64,000 bases of DNA. It comes from a virus. The notes under the pieces were generated by a model that saw only the letters and a program-made list of their open reading frames with translations, did not search any database and was not told the DNA's origin. The stretch covers positions 16,083 through 80,082 of the IMG/VR virus record IMGVR_UViG_3300032282_005588; one strand, given 5' to 3'. Each line of letters begins with the position of its first letter. Position 1 is the stretch's first letter. Positions 41,327 through 50,954 of this stretch are shown one piece after another. Position numbers and translations under genes: made by a program.

Positions 41327-44311
41327 ATGGTAAAAATAATAATGGAATTTGATAGCTCAGATGAAGCCCAAGAAGCAATTGATGGTAGTAAATGGAAACA
41401 AGCATTTTGGGAATTAAATAATGAGCTTAGAAACACTACCAAATATGATGTTAGTATTATCAATAATAACTTACAAGCAACAGATATTGAACAAGAAATA
41501 TGTTCTAAAGTTAGAGATATGATGTTTGAAATCCTTAATAGATGGAATTTAAAAATAGATTAAATTAATTGTGAAAACACGAATTCATGTTAATCAACAC
41601 CATATACGTTCTAATAAAACAAAAGGCACTACACTCCCAGTAATTACTATTAAACAAGGTAAAAATAATACTTATTGTAATGAAGTAGAAATATTAGGAC
41701 CTAGTAAAATTATTTATGGTGGTAGTGGTTGTGATGCAAAACCACTTTTAAGTTGTGGAGCTAGAGTTGTAATCGAAACGGAAAGTGCAATCAAAATTAT
41801 AAAATAGTTTTTATACTTGGATTTGATAAAAAATTAACATATATTAATATTATAATAAATTAATAATAAAAATGAAAAATAAATTAAAGAATGGACGATT
41901 AGTATTTATGATGTGGAGTATATTCCATATTATCACCCTTTTATATTTTGGTTGGAATTTAGTTCCTCAACCATTTGTTACCATTGATGCTATATTATTT
42001 GGGGGATTTATTGGATTTTATTTTGTACAACCTTTAAGTGAAATTTATGAACAGTGGGTTAATAATAAACTAAATAAATAATGATTAATAATATATTATT
42101 ACAAATTTTTGTTAAATCCTTTTTTATTACTATAACTCTCACTAGTGTAGTGTATGGGTTTATTGCTTATTTAAATAAAACTATAATTTACAATAAATGG
42201 CCACAACATGCTCAACATAGTATGTTAGTTACTGGGGTTATGATATTATTGATGATTATTTTTATTGGGTTTGTTGACTTTAAATATAATAAATAAATAT
42301 AATGGATATAAATGTAGATTTAGATGATATTTTATGGGGAATGAGTGATTGGGAAAAACAAGAAATGTGTGATAATTTATGTGATGATGGTTATACCCCA
42401 TCAACTCAATCAATCGATGATATTAAATCATTTTTCTTTGAGGTTGAAGGGAGAATTACTCATAATGAAAGAGAATTATTAGATATATTAATTAGAATTT
42501 GGTATAATAAACATTTTATAAATAATAAAGACATTGAGCAACTCAAAATATATGCTAAAAAAGGATTATAATAATCCAATTAAAATGACTTTTAATCAGT
42601 GGTTAAATCATTATCAAAACCTAAATGACCATCAATATACTAAATTTAAACCATATGGAAGTTCAATTGATTATTTTTTTCATCATAAAAAAGATGGTTA
42701 TAACACATATGGTGTAATAATTTAAATAATCAATCAATGAAAGAAATAATAATCAAATATTGTAAGGGAGAACCATTACAAATAACTGAAGCAGTATCCA
42801 TAATTGAAGAATACATGCATTATGTTAAAAAATATAATCGTGAATTAATAATTCAATTGTTGAATCCAATGAACCCAATGGGAAGATCAATGTTAGATAT
42901 AGCACTACAGACCTCCATGATTTATCTTCAATGGAAATATTCAATAAATAAATTATATAGTAAAGACGGGCAATTACTAATGGTATTTTAACGTGGAAGA
43001 TTTAAAAAATTTGAGAAATTTTTGTGATAAACAAATTAAAAAACATCCCCAATTAAAAGTGGATATTATAACTTGTTATAATCTTTGTTTAGATAATATT
43101 GAAGAAGGAGAATCTGTTGTTAATGAAATTGAATTATGTTTAACTAATATAAACTATATATTGAACATGTATTATTTAAAATAACATTAAATATAAACCG
43201 TTAATTATCAATATTATATAAAAAGCTACAATCAATTATTTGATTTTGTAGCTTTCTTTATGTATATTGACATTATAATAAAAATAAAAAATGACTAAAA
43301 AAGAATATCATAAACAAATCAATAAAAGATTTTATGAATATATTAATCAACATTTTCCAAATTATGAGCTTGATTTCAATGAAGGTTATGGTTATGTATA
43401 TTTAATGTGTGAAAATAAAAATGATTTAATTGAATATCACCAATCAAGACATGATTTATGTATACATAATTATTCTACAGATAAAGCAAAACAGGACATG
43501 CTACAAATGGAAAGATATATCAATGAGAATATTATTCCATATGTTAACATGGTTACTGAAGTTTAGATTGTTAATTACTAACGCTCTATAAAAACTGTAG
43601 ATGAATATTTGGATTTACAAAATTTATTACATACATTAACATCATAATAAAAATTAAAAAAATGAAAAAATCAGAAAAATTAATCTACAGTTTAGAAATA
43701 CTTAAAGAGGTATTACAAAACCAACTAAAAGAAGGTAGAGAATATGGTCAAAAAACAAATGCGGATTGTGAATCCGGTTGGTATATTGGTACTATCAAAA
43801 CAGCAATTGAAGAAATAGATCGTATTACTAAAATCACTAAATAATCTATGAAAACATCAAATTTAAAATCAGGATTTTCCCTTTATGGAAACAAAGGTAA
43901 TGTTTGGGAAAATAATGCTCACATTTATCAATCCGGTAAAGGAAATTTATGTGGTACTCCAGCATTAGCATCTAATTGGGCTAAGGAAATGAAGATGGAA
44001 GAAGCAAATTGTGAGAAATGTAATAAATTATATAATACTCTAGAATATAAAGTATAATAAACAATAAAATGCTTGTAGAGTGTATAGATATATCAAACAG
44101 ACCTGAAGACATACCAACATCAATGTGGTTAAAGAAAAAGGTTTACACTGTGGTGAGTAGAACATTTCATCCAATTCATAATTATTACTCACTTCAACTA
44201 GAAGAAGTACATCCACCCCCACCTTATATTGGATATAAGGAATCAAGATTTAAACCTATAGAAGATATTAGTATAATAGAATTAATAGAAGAAAAAATAG
44301 AAACAATATGA
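41327..44311 (+). other. Run of small hypothetical genes: 41327-41563, 41571-41807, 41872-42081, 42081-42296, 42302-42571, 42585-42725, 42737-42991, 42993-43184, 43291-43566, 43662-43844, 43848-44057, 44069-44311
   Basis: Tightly packed co-directional ORFs with A-rich leaders, several behind early promoters. Confidence 0.6.
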
Positions 44312-44616
44312 AGAATAAACTAGATAAACAATATACAGACCTGCTCCAAGATATCTTAGATAATGGAGTAAAAAAACAAACCAGAAATGGTGAAGTGTTA
44401 TCAATATTCGGTAGACAAATTCGTCACAACATGAAAGATGGTTTCCCACTTCTTACAACTAAGAAGATGGCTTGGAAATCAATTGTAACTGAGTTACTCT
44501 GGTTTCTCCGTGGTTCAACTCGAGGTGATGAGTTAGTAAGGCAAGGGTGTAATATTTGGGTAGGGGATATGTATGCTAATTATTTAAAAGAGTATGAAAA
44601 ACATAAAGAAAATTAA
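44308..44616 (+). CDS. thyA: Thymidylate synthase, N-terminal fragment
   Basis: QY.DLL..IL.NG, R, FG.Q.R, GFPLLTTKK, ELLWFLRG, NIW. Ends in its own stop. Confidence 0.9.
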   Translation: MKNKLDKQYTDLLQDILDNGVKKQTRNGEVLSIFGRQIRHNMKDGFPLLTTKKMAWKSIVTELLWFLRGSTRGDELVRQGCNIWVGDMYANYLKEYEKHKEN

Positions 44617-44752
44617 AAATAAATGGGTTTTTTAAGTAAAAGTACAATATTTATAAATGTAGAGTTGCGGCTACATGTAAGATATTTAATTAACTAAATG
44701 CTAATGGTGAGTAGAGTACCGCAATCTCGAAAGCCTTAGTATTTTTTATTTT

Positions 44753-45607
44753 ATGAATTACCTAAAAATTTACGAACAATTAATTGATAAAGCTAAGAGA
44801 GAAGATAGAGATTACATAAGTAATAAAATCTACGAAAGACACCACATACTTCCTAAATGTATGGGAGGGGATGGGAAAGTTAATCAATGGAGAACTCACC
44901 CCAATATAGTAATTTTAACTCCTCGAGAACATTATTTAGCTCACACTCTATTATGTGAGATATATCCTGAAAATTCTAAATTAAAGTTTGCATTATGGGC
45001 TATGTCTAATCAATTAGGAGAAAACAGAAAATATAAAATATGTTCTAGACAGTATGAAAGAGTGAGAGAAAACTATGTAAAACTAGTAAGAGGAGTACCT
45101 AAGACTGATGAGCATAAAATAAAGTTAAGTGAGGCATTAAAAGGAAGGGAAAGAGAGGAATTTACTGAATTACACAAAATTAATATCAGTAAAAATATTA
45201 AAGGAATTAAAAAATCAAAAGAACATAGAAAAAATCTCTCTAAATCCAAAAGCATTCCTGTATTTCAATATACTTTAGACGGTGTGTTTTTAAAACAATG
45301 GGAATCTGCCAAAAAAGCAGGAAATATATTAAATATAGACCCTGGAGATATTACAGGTTGTAGAAGAGGAGTAAAAAAGAGTGCTGGGGGATTTCTTTGG
45401 AAAGAAAATAAGATAGAAGTTAAACCCTACAAACATAATAACTCATCTAATATATTGCAGTATACTCTCGAAGGAGAGTTTATACAAGAATTTCAAAGTA
45501 TATCTAAAGCTTCCAAAATCTTAAAACTCAATCCCTCAGGAATATCTAATTGTGCTAATGGAAGATCTAAATATTCTGGTGGGTTTATTTGGAGATATAA
45601 AAAATAG
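44753..45607 (+). CDS. Free-standing HNH homing endonuclease with NUMOD3/NUMOD1 DNA-binding repeats
   Basis: YERHHILPKCMGG, LTPREHYLAH.LL, HK.K.S repeats, two QYTL.G.F...(W/F).S...A...L...GGF.W units. Confidence 0.88.
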   Translation: MNYLKIYEQLIDKAKREDRDYISNKIYERHHILPKCMGGDGKVNQWRTHPNIVILTPREHYLAHTLLCEIYPENSKLKFALWAMSNQLGENRKYKICSRQYERVRENYVKLVRGVPKTDEHKIKLSEALKGREREEFTELHKINISKNIKGIKKSKEHRKNLSKSKSIPVFQYTLDGVFLKQWESAKKAGNILNIDPGDITGCRRGVKKSAGGFLWKENKIEVKPYKHNNSSNILQYTLEGEFIQEFQSISKASKILKLNPSGISNCANGRSKYSGGFIWRYKK

Positions 45608-45633
45608 TTATTATTTTTAATAAATTAAAAGTT

Positions 45634-46509
45634 ATGAAATTTAAAAAAGAAGATTTACACCCAGATGGGAGACCATTCACCAAAGAAGAATTTATCAACA
45701 AAATAAAAACCGATGGTGAGTTTGCCAAGAGGTGGGGTGAATTAGGACCTGTGTATGGTAAGCAATGGAGACAATGGAGTACTCATAAAACTGTAGTAGT
45801 AGGGCATAATGGAAATCATAATGAATTTGGGACAATTGTTATAGACCAAATCCAAAACCTAATCAACGACCTTAAAACAAACCCAGACTCAAGACGACTA
45901 ATGGTTTCAGCTTGGAATGTAGGCGAATTAGACCAATGCGTGCTTCCACCTTGTCATTATGGATTTCAAGTTTATACAAGAGAGTTGAGTTTAAGTGAAA
46001 GAACTTTTTGGATTATGTCCAACAGACCTGAACAATTAGGGAGTCAAAATTATTTAGACGGAGATAGGCAAGGTATGAAATCAACTGATTATTATGGAGT
46101 ACCAACCAGAGCAATCTCTTTAATGTATAATACCCGAAGTCAAGATGTTCCATTAGGTACACCATTTAATATATCATCATATGCTCTATTGTTAGAAATT
46201 ATTGCGAAGATGGTTAATATGGTTCCTGAAGAGTTGATTACTAATATGGGTGATTGTCATATCTATCTAAACCAAATTGATGGGATTAAGGAACAATTAA
46301 CAAGAGAACCATATCCACTACCTAAATTGAATATTAATACAGAATGGTGGCCAACAGAAGGTGGTTCATGTGGTGAAGGTCCTTTAGATGTTCAAGCAGT
46401 ACTAGATGGTTTTTCTAGTGATTCTTTTGCAAGTTGTTTAATTGAAGAAGATATTCAGTTATATAATTATAAAAGTCATCCGGCAATCAAAATGCCTTTA
46501 TCAAATTAA
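45634..46509 (+). CDS. thyA: Thymidylate synthase, C-terminal catalytic fragment
   Basis: LGPVYGKQWR, DQI, PDSRRLMVSAWN, LPPCH, RSQDVPLG.PFN, GDCHIY.N. Confidence 0.92.
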   Translation: MKFKKEDLHPDGRPFTKEEFINKIKTDGEFAKRWGELGPVYGKQWRQWSTHKTVVVGHNGNHNEFGTIVIDQIQNLINDLKTNPDSRRLMVSAWNVGELDQCVLPPCHYGFQVYTRELSLSERTFWIMSNRPEQLGSQNYLDGDRQGMKSTDYYGVPTRAISLMYNTRSQDVPLGTPFNISSYALLLEIIAKMVNMVPEELITNMGDCHIYLNQIDGIKEQLTREPYPLPKLNINTEWWPTEGGSCGEGPLDVQAVLDGFSSDSFASCLIEEDIQLYNYKSHPAIKMPLSN

Positions 46510-46521
46510 TAAATAAAAATT

Positions 46522-47085
46522 ATGAAATCAAATTTAACAGAAAAATTATCGTCTATTTGCGGGAGTGCAGATAAGACTTATGGTTGTAATGATATTGAAT
46601 CAATAACACAACTAACAGAAGAGCAACGTATTCAAGTAGAAGCAGAATTAATTAACCATTTTGGGTTTGATAAAATTATATGGATGCAACTTCCCTCAGG
46701 TCTTACAGAAGACAAAAAAACAACAATAGTTGCAGAAACTAGAAAAATATCAGATTCAGACGATCCAACTCACAAACATAAAGTAGGATATATTTACACT
46801 TTAAACTTTATTCCAAAAATGTATGAATCGGGAGAAATGTATAAACCAGTAAAAGATGGTTGTGTGTTTGCTCCTATCATCTTCGATCCAGTAACTTTTA
46901 CGCCTACACAAAGTATTACATTAACTTGGTCACCTGAATTTCCTCAAGACATTAATGCACCAGAAAGAACTCTTGAAGACGAAAAGCAAATGATTCGTGA
47001 TATGTTAGAAAAGGTATTGGACAATCCTGAAGAGTATAGACCGGTTGGATATACAGGATGTTTACTAAGGTATGTGGCAGTCTAA
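46522..47085 (+). CDS. Hypothetical protein (thyA-array cargo 1)
   Basis: 187 aa between repeat copies 1 and 2. Confidence 0.65.
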   Translation: MKSNLTEKLSSICGSADKTYGCNDIESITQLTEEQRIQVEAELINHFGFDKIIWMQLPSGLTEDKKTTIVAETRKISDSDDPTHKHKVGYIYTLNFIPKMYESGEMYKPVKDGCVFAPIIFDPVTFTPTQSITLTWSPEFPQDINAPERTLEDEKQMIRDMLEKVLDNPEEYRPVGYTGCLLRYVAV

Positions 47086-47136
47086 TCACACCCAACAATT
47101 AAAGCGCCTTTAAGTAACTGATGCATATTTATTAAC

Positions 47137-47685
47137 ATGATAAAATTAATTGATTTGTTACGTGAAGTGAAAGCTGCAATCACTGATGATATGGTTATTG
47201 TACTAGACAAAGGGCCTACTTTGATATTATATAATAATAAAGAAGATGGCGTTTTAGGTTCGATAAATGTTTATAATAATGAGGTAACAGGTGTAGCTGC
47301 TGAAAAAGGTTTTGGGCCTATCATGTATGAATTAGGTATGGCTATGGTGTATCCAAAGCCATTACAATCAGATCGACGAGGTAATACTACAGAAGCAGCT
47401 GCAAATATTTGGAATAGGTTTATAGACGGTATCAACCCAAAAATAAAAGTGGAGAAAGTTAAACCAAGTGATAAGGATTATATGTCAGTATGGCCTGAGA
47501 CTGGAGAGGCTATTGACCCTTACTATTTAGATGGTTTTATTAACTATAAGTTTTACAATCCTGATAAATCAGTCCTCGATAAGTTAATTAAGAAAGGAGA
47601 TATTATACCAAAAGACAAACAAAAGGATATAATTAAGAGAGCTAATGATTTTTATCAAAGAAAAGTTAATCATCCCTACAACTAA
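47137..47685 (+). CDS. Putative GNAT-like protein with an MIKLIDLLRE N-terminus
   Basis: VAAEKGFGPIMYE and L.SD.....T.AA..IW. Late motif upstream. Confidence 0.5.
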   Translation: MIKLIDLLREVKAAITDDMVIVLDKGPTLILYNNKEDGVLGSINVYNNEVTGVAAEKGFGPIMYELGMAMVYPKPLQSDRRGNTTEAAANIWNRFIDGINPKIKVEKVKPSDKDYMSVWPETGEAIDPYYLDGFINYKFYNPDKSVLDKLIKKGDIIPKDKQKDIIKRANDFYQRKVNHPYN

Positions 47686-47735
47686 TCACACCCAGCAATT
47701 AAAGCACCTTTATCAAATTAACCATATTTATTAAC

Positions 47736-48167
47736 ATGATAAGATTAATTGATTTATTGAGTGAATCTCAGAATATACCTGAAGTATTATATCATTTTAC
47801 ATTACCTAAATATTTTGTAAATATGATAAAAACAAATACCATTAAGGCAGATCCTAAATTTAAACAAATATCATTCACTTCAGATCCTAATTTATGGGCT
47901 TTTAGAGAATTTAATGATGAGGATCAAGAAGTAGGAGTAAGATTAACTTTTAATAGTAAAGATTTACCTCCATTAACTCCATTTAAATATTCAGGAGCGC
48001 CAGGTGAAGAATATGGATATGAAGAAGAATATACTACAAATGTTGGAGATTTAAGACCATCAAATATTATGAATTTGATTAAAGATGTAACAGTAAATAA
48101 TTATTGGAAAGAATATCTCCAAAATAATCTTCCCAAAGACATATTTAATAAAATTAAATTTATATAA
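47736..48167 (+). CDS. Putative ADP-ribosyltransferase-like protein with an MIRLIDLLSE N-terminus
   Basis: LYHFT...ISFT...EEE arrangement. Confidence 0.4.
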   Translation: MIRLIDLLSESQNIPEVLYHFTLPKYFVNMIKTNTIKADPKFKQISFTSDPNLWAFREFNDEDQEVGVRLTFNSKDLPPLTPFKYSGAPGEEYGYEEEYTTNVGDLRPSNIMNLIKDVTVNNYWKEYLQNNLPKDIFNKIKFI

Positions 48168-48186
48168 AATAACAAAAAAATAAATT

Positions 48187-48396
48187 ATGGAAAATTTCGA
48201 AAAATTAAATTTAAAAGTTAGAATTCAAATTCTTGATGCTAATGACCAAATTCTTTTACAATCTACAATTAATCAAAATGATGTAAATGATTTAAGAGTT
48301 TATCAAGGTGTTAGTCTTGTAGATGAAACTTACCTGATGTTGTTAGAAACATTAAAACAAAAAATAGATAGTGAATCAATCACACCCAACAATTAA
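48187..48396 (+). CDS. Hypothetical protein
   Basis: 69 aa. The 3' end overlaps thyA repeat copy 4. Confidence 0.55.
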   Translation: MENFEKLNLKVRIQILDANDQILLQSTINQNDVNDLRVYQGVSLVDETYLMLLETLKQKIDSESITPNN

Positions 48397-48441
48397 AGCA
48401 CCTTTATCAAATTAACCATATTTATTATAAAAAAATAAACT

Positions 48442-48945
48442 ATGAAAAAAACAGAATTACAACAAATTATTAGAGAAGAGATTAGTAAAATAATAGGAGA
48501 GATAGGCGAAGCAACATCAAATCCATATTCATATAAATTAACATATGAAGATGGAAACAATGAAGACGAAGGTTATTATACATATGAATTCGAGACCAAT
48601 TCAGGAACAAAATATGAGGTGAGTGTAAAACTTAGTACAACGTATAGAGAAAAAAGTGGTGGCAAGAATACTAAGGAGATTGTAGTTGCATTTAAAACCA
48701 AGAATGGTGAATATGAGGATGTAACTCAGGAAAATGATAGTTATAGGATAATGGCTACTGTTATACAAATTGTTAAGGATTATTTAAAAGAAACACCTGA
48801 TGTTGATATAATAGAGTTTTCACCTGCAAAATCTAAAGATAATGATTCTCGTAGAGAAAATATGTATAAAGCTTATATATCAAAACAGTTACCTGGTTCT
48901 AAAGTTAGTGTAAATGGTTCTTGGTATTTTGTTGAATTAAAATAA
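48442..48945 (+). CDS. Hypothetical protein with an MKKTELQQIIREE N-terminus
   Basis: Late motif upstream. RIMATV..IV..Y...F.P....R..Y. Confidence 0.6.
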   Translation: MKKTELQQIIREEISKIIGEIGEATSNPYSYKLTYEDGNNEDEGYYTYEFETNSGTKYEVSVKLSTTYREKSGGKNTKEIVVAFKTKNGEYEDVTQENDSYRIMATVIQIVKDYLKETPDVDIIEFSPAKSKDNDSRRENMYKAYISKQLPGSKVSVNGSWYFVELK

Positions 48946-49269
48946 TGTAATGGTATGGTAATGGTATATGTGGAAACTCAAGTATAGGATGGAAACATAG
49001 TGGGGGTGGTGATATAACGGGTGAATATTTGAGGTATGGTGGGGGTTAGGGGAGTTCGCGGATCCCACACATTTTCGGCGCTATCCCGCATCTTCTCGTC
49101 GATAAAGTATATACTTTCATAAACCATTTATAACCACCTATCAAATAATATAATTAAATATCAAAAAAATAATATAAATAAACGTGTTTAAACGCATACT
49201 AATGCAAAACCGATAAAAACATTAACTATGGAAAAACAGTTGTTTAAATCGCATAATTTAATACAACAA

Positions 49270-49301
49270 AGAAAGTCGCCCAAAAGGCGACTTTTACTTT
49301 T
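49270..49301. terminator. Terminator hairpin, probably for the minus-strand operon
   Basis: AAAGTCGCC-caaaa-GGCGACTTT with A/T tracts on both sides. Confidence 0.7.
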
Positions 49302-49455
49302 TCTCACATACGTATCAACGAATTACCTCAACCAGTAAGGGATCTTCAGCGTAAGACAACGGCAGGAAATGTATGTTCTCCGGCAGCCAACCACAAAATT
49401 GATATTAATTCACCACTAGTCTGTTTCTTTTTCAAACACGCATTAAATTGCAATG

Positions 49456-49623
49456 TCATTTTCTTGTTTTATAAAATACAGTATCGTTTTCATGATACTC
49501 AACTGTTGTGTGTAATACACCAACAATATTTTTATCTAAATCTCTTACTTGGTAAGAATATACCCCGTCAGGGGTTTTTGTGTCACAACACAATACTAAA
49601 AATAACTTAATTATAATTTCCAT
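49456..49623 (-). CDS. Small hypothetical protein
   Basis: MEIIIKLFLVLCC..., starting right after a tRNA-like element. Confidence 0.55.
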   Translation of the reverse strand: MEIIIKLFLVLCCDTKTPDGVYSYQVRDLDKNIVGVLHTTVEYHENDTVFYKTRK

Positions 49624-49627
49624 TTTG

Positions 49628-49701
49628 TAGTCAGGACAGGATTCGAACCTGTATCTCAATACAATAAAGCAAAGTCGTTACCAATTACTAGCCACCTGAC
49701 T
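49628..49701 (-). ncRNA. tRNA-like element with a degenerate anticodon arm
   Basis: Acceptor AGTCAGG/CCTGACT and T-arm ACAGG-TTCGAAT-CCTGT. No good anticodon stem. Confidence 0.7.
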
Positions 49702-49711
49702 ATGGTTTAAA

Positions 49712-49861
49712 TCATAGTAGATTCCAAACCTTTCGAATATATTTCCTTGCGTTCGCATACTGCGATTCACTCAACCCATAAAACAACCTCCATGTCTCAA
49801 GCATATCCATGGCGTCTTTCTTTGATGGTGCTGTTTCGATCATTTCTTTTATTTTTTTCAT
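49712..49861 (-). CDS. Small hypothetical protein (49 aa, MKKIKEMIETAPSKK...)
   Basis: Translated by hand. Sits between the two tRNA-like elements. Confidence 0.55.
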   Translation of the reverse strand: MKKIKEMIETAPSKKDAMDMLETWRLFYGLSESQYANARKYIRKVWNLL

Positions 49862-49876
49862 AACTTTTATTTTTTG

Positions 49877-49975
49877 TAGTCAGGACAGGATTCGAACCCG
49901 TATGATAAGTAACTTTAAGACCATATTGTAAACCTATCTTATTGTGGTCAGCGTCTACCATTCCGCCACCTGACT
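49877..49975 (-). ncRNA. tRNA-like element (Leu-type D-arm) with an enlarged 21-nt anticodon loop
   Basis: AGTCAGG-TG-GCGGAATGGTAGACGC-T-GACCA-N21-TGGTC-N17-ACGGG-TTCGAAT-CCTGT-CCTGACT-A. Confidence 0.75.
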
Positions 49976-49980
49976 ATATT

Positions 49981-50367
49981 TTAATTCATAACATAGGCTT
50001 TATCAGCCCATGTTTTTGCATTTACTGCTTTGTATTGGTCTTGACTATATAATTCAGTATTAAAATAAGTAGAATTAATATCACCAACAGTTATATTTCT
50101 TAATATTTCTTCATCTATGCATATAATTTTTTTACCTTTTATAGCAAAAACAGTAAACCACATATTCATACCTTCAGGTTTAAATTCAATTGATTGAAGG
50201 GCACCTTTTTGATAAACATTAAAAACCTCCATCACATTTTTAGCCATTGTGTTTTCAGAAATAACCAGAAAACCTGCTTTACATTTAACTATAGATCTAT
50301 AGCTACCATGTTGGTTACCAATCCACTCAGTTGTTCTTAATTTATTGATGTTAATTATTTTATTCAT
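49981..50367 (-). CDS. Hypothetical early protein
   Basis: 128 aa, with a minus-strand copy of the early promoter at about 50387-50428. Confidence 0.7.
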   Translation of the reverse strand: MNKIININKLRTTEWIGNQHGSYRSIVKCKAGFLVISENTMAKNVMEVFNVYQKGALQSIEFKPEGMNMWFTVFAIKGKKIICIDEEILRNITVGDINSTYFNTELYSQDQYKAVNAKTWADKAYVMN

Positions 50368-50448
50368 GATATTTATTTTTAATTCCTTATTACAACGTTA
50401 ATGTATGAAATTAGATCCGCATTGCCACATATTTCTCACAGTTTTCTA

Positions 50449-50514
50449 TAGCGCGTTAATTACTAACGCACTAAAATTTCATTGAAAGTTAGCGCGTTAA
50501 TTACTAACGCTCTA
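50449..50514. promoter_or_regulatory. Pair of palindromic operator-like sites between divergent promoters (consensus TAGAGCGTTA-ATTAC-TAACGCTCTA)
   Basis: Other copies at about 43570, 52576, 52594, 52634, 56728, 56769, 58371 and 58692. Confidence 0.75.
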
Positions 50515-50586
50515 CATATTTTGTTACAATCTTGGTTGGATTCCCAGAATACGTTGCATACATTAACATCATAATAAGAAAATAAA

Positions 50587-50907
50587 ATGAAAAAATTTAA
50601 TTACACCCAACTAGTAACAATTATTAATCAAGAAAAAGTAGTTAATTGGTTAAACTTAAGAGGTAAATCAGAACTTGCTAATAAAGTTGATGATATTAGT
50701 TATATGATTGGACATAAAGGTGAACGTTTTCCTGAATATGTTTTAATACAAACTATTAGGGAAATAGTTGGAGATAAATTAACAAATGAGATTGAATGTG
50801 ATATTATACAAATGATGGGTGAACCTAAGGATTTGTATTTCATTGGGATTTTACCTCATGATGTAAAAATTGAGAAAAAAGAAAGTAAATTAAATTTGGT
50901 TAAATAA
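50587..50907 (+). CDS. Hypothetical early protein
   Basis: Lies behind an early promoter. Confidence 0.65.
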   Translation: MKKFNYTQLVTIINQEKVVNWLNLRGKSELANKVDDISYMIGHKGERFPEYVLIQTIREIVGDKLTNEIECDIIQMMGEPKDLYFIGILPHDVKIEKKESKLNLVK

Positions 50908-50954
50908 AAAACAGAACGTATATTAACATTATAATAAAAATAAATAAAAAGGTT

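Larger units (their letters stand above)
46474..48415 (+). repeat. Four dispersed 36-nt copies of the thyA 3' end (SHPxIKxPLSN*): 46474-46509, 47086-47121, 47686-47721, 48380-48415
   Basis: Directly visible. Copies differ mostly by synonymous changes. Confidence 0.9.

Noticed and set aside
44617-45633. Group I intron or intein in thyA
   Set aside because: No recognisable intron core, only 26 nt after the nuclease stop, and both halves have their own stop/start. Not formally excluded without RT-PCR.
49300-49459. ncRNA or 37-aa ORF on the minus strand before the terminator
   Set aside because: Only a short ACATAC/GTATGT pairing and a weak ORF were found, which is not enough for a call.
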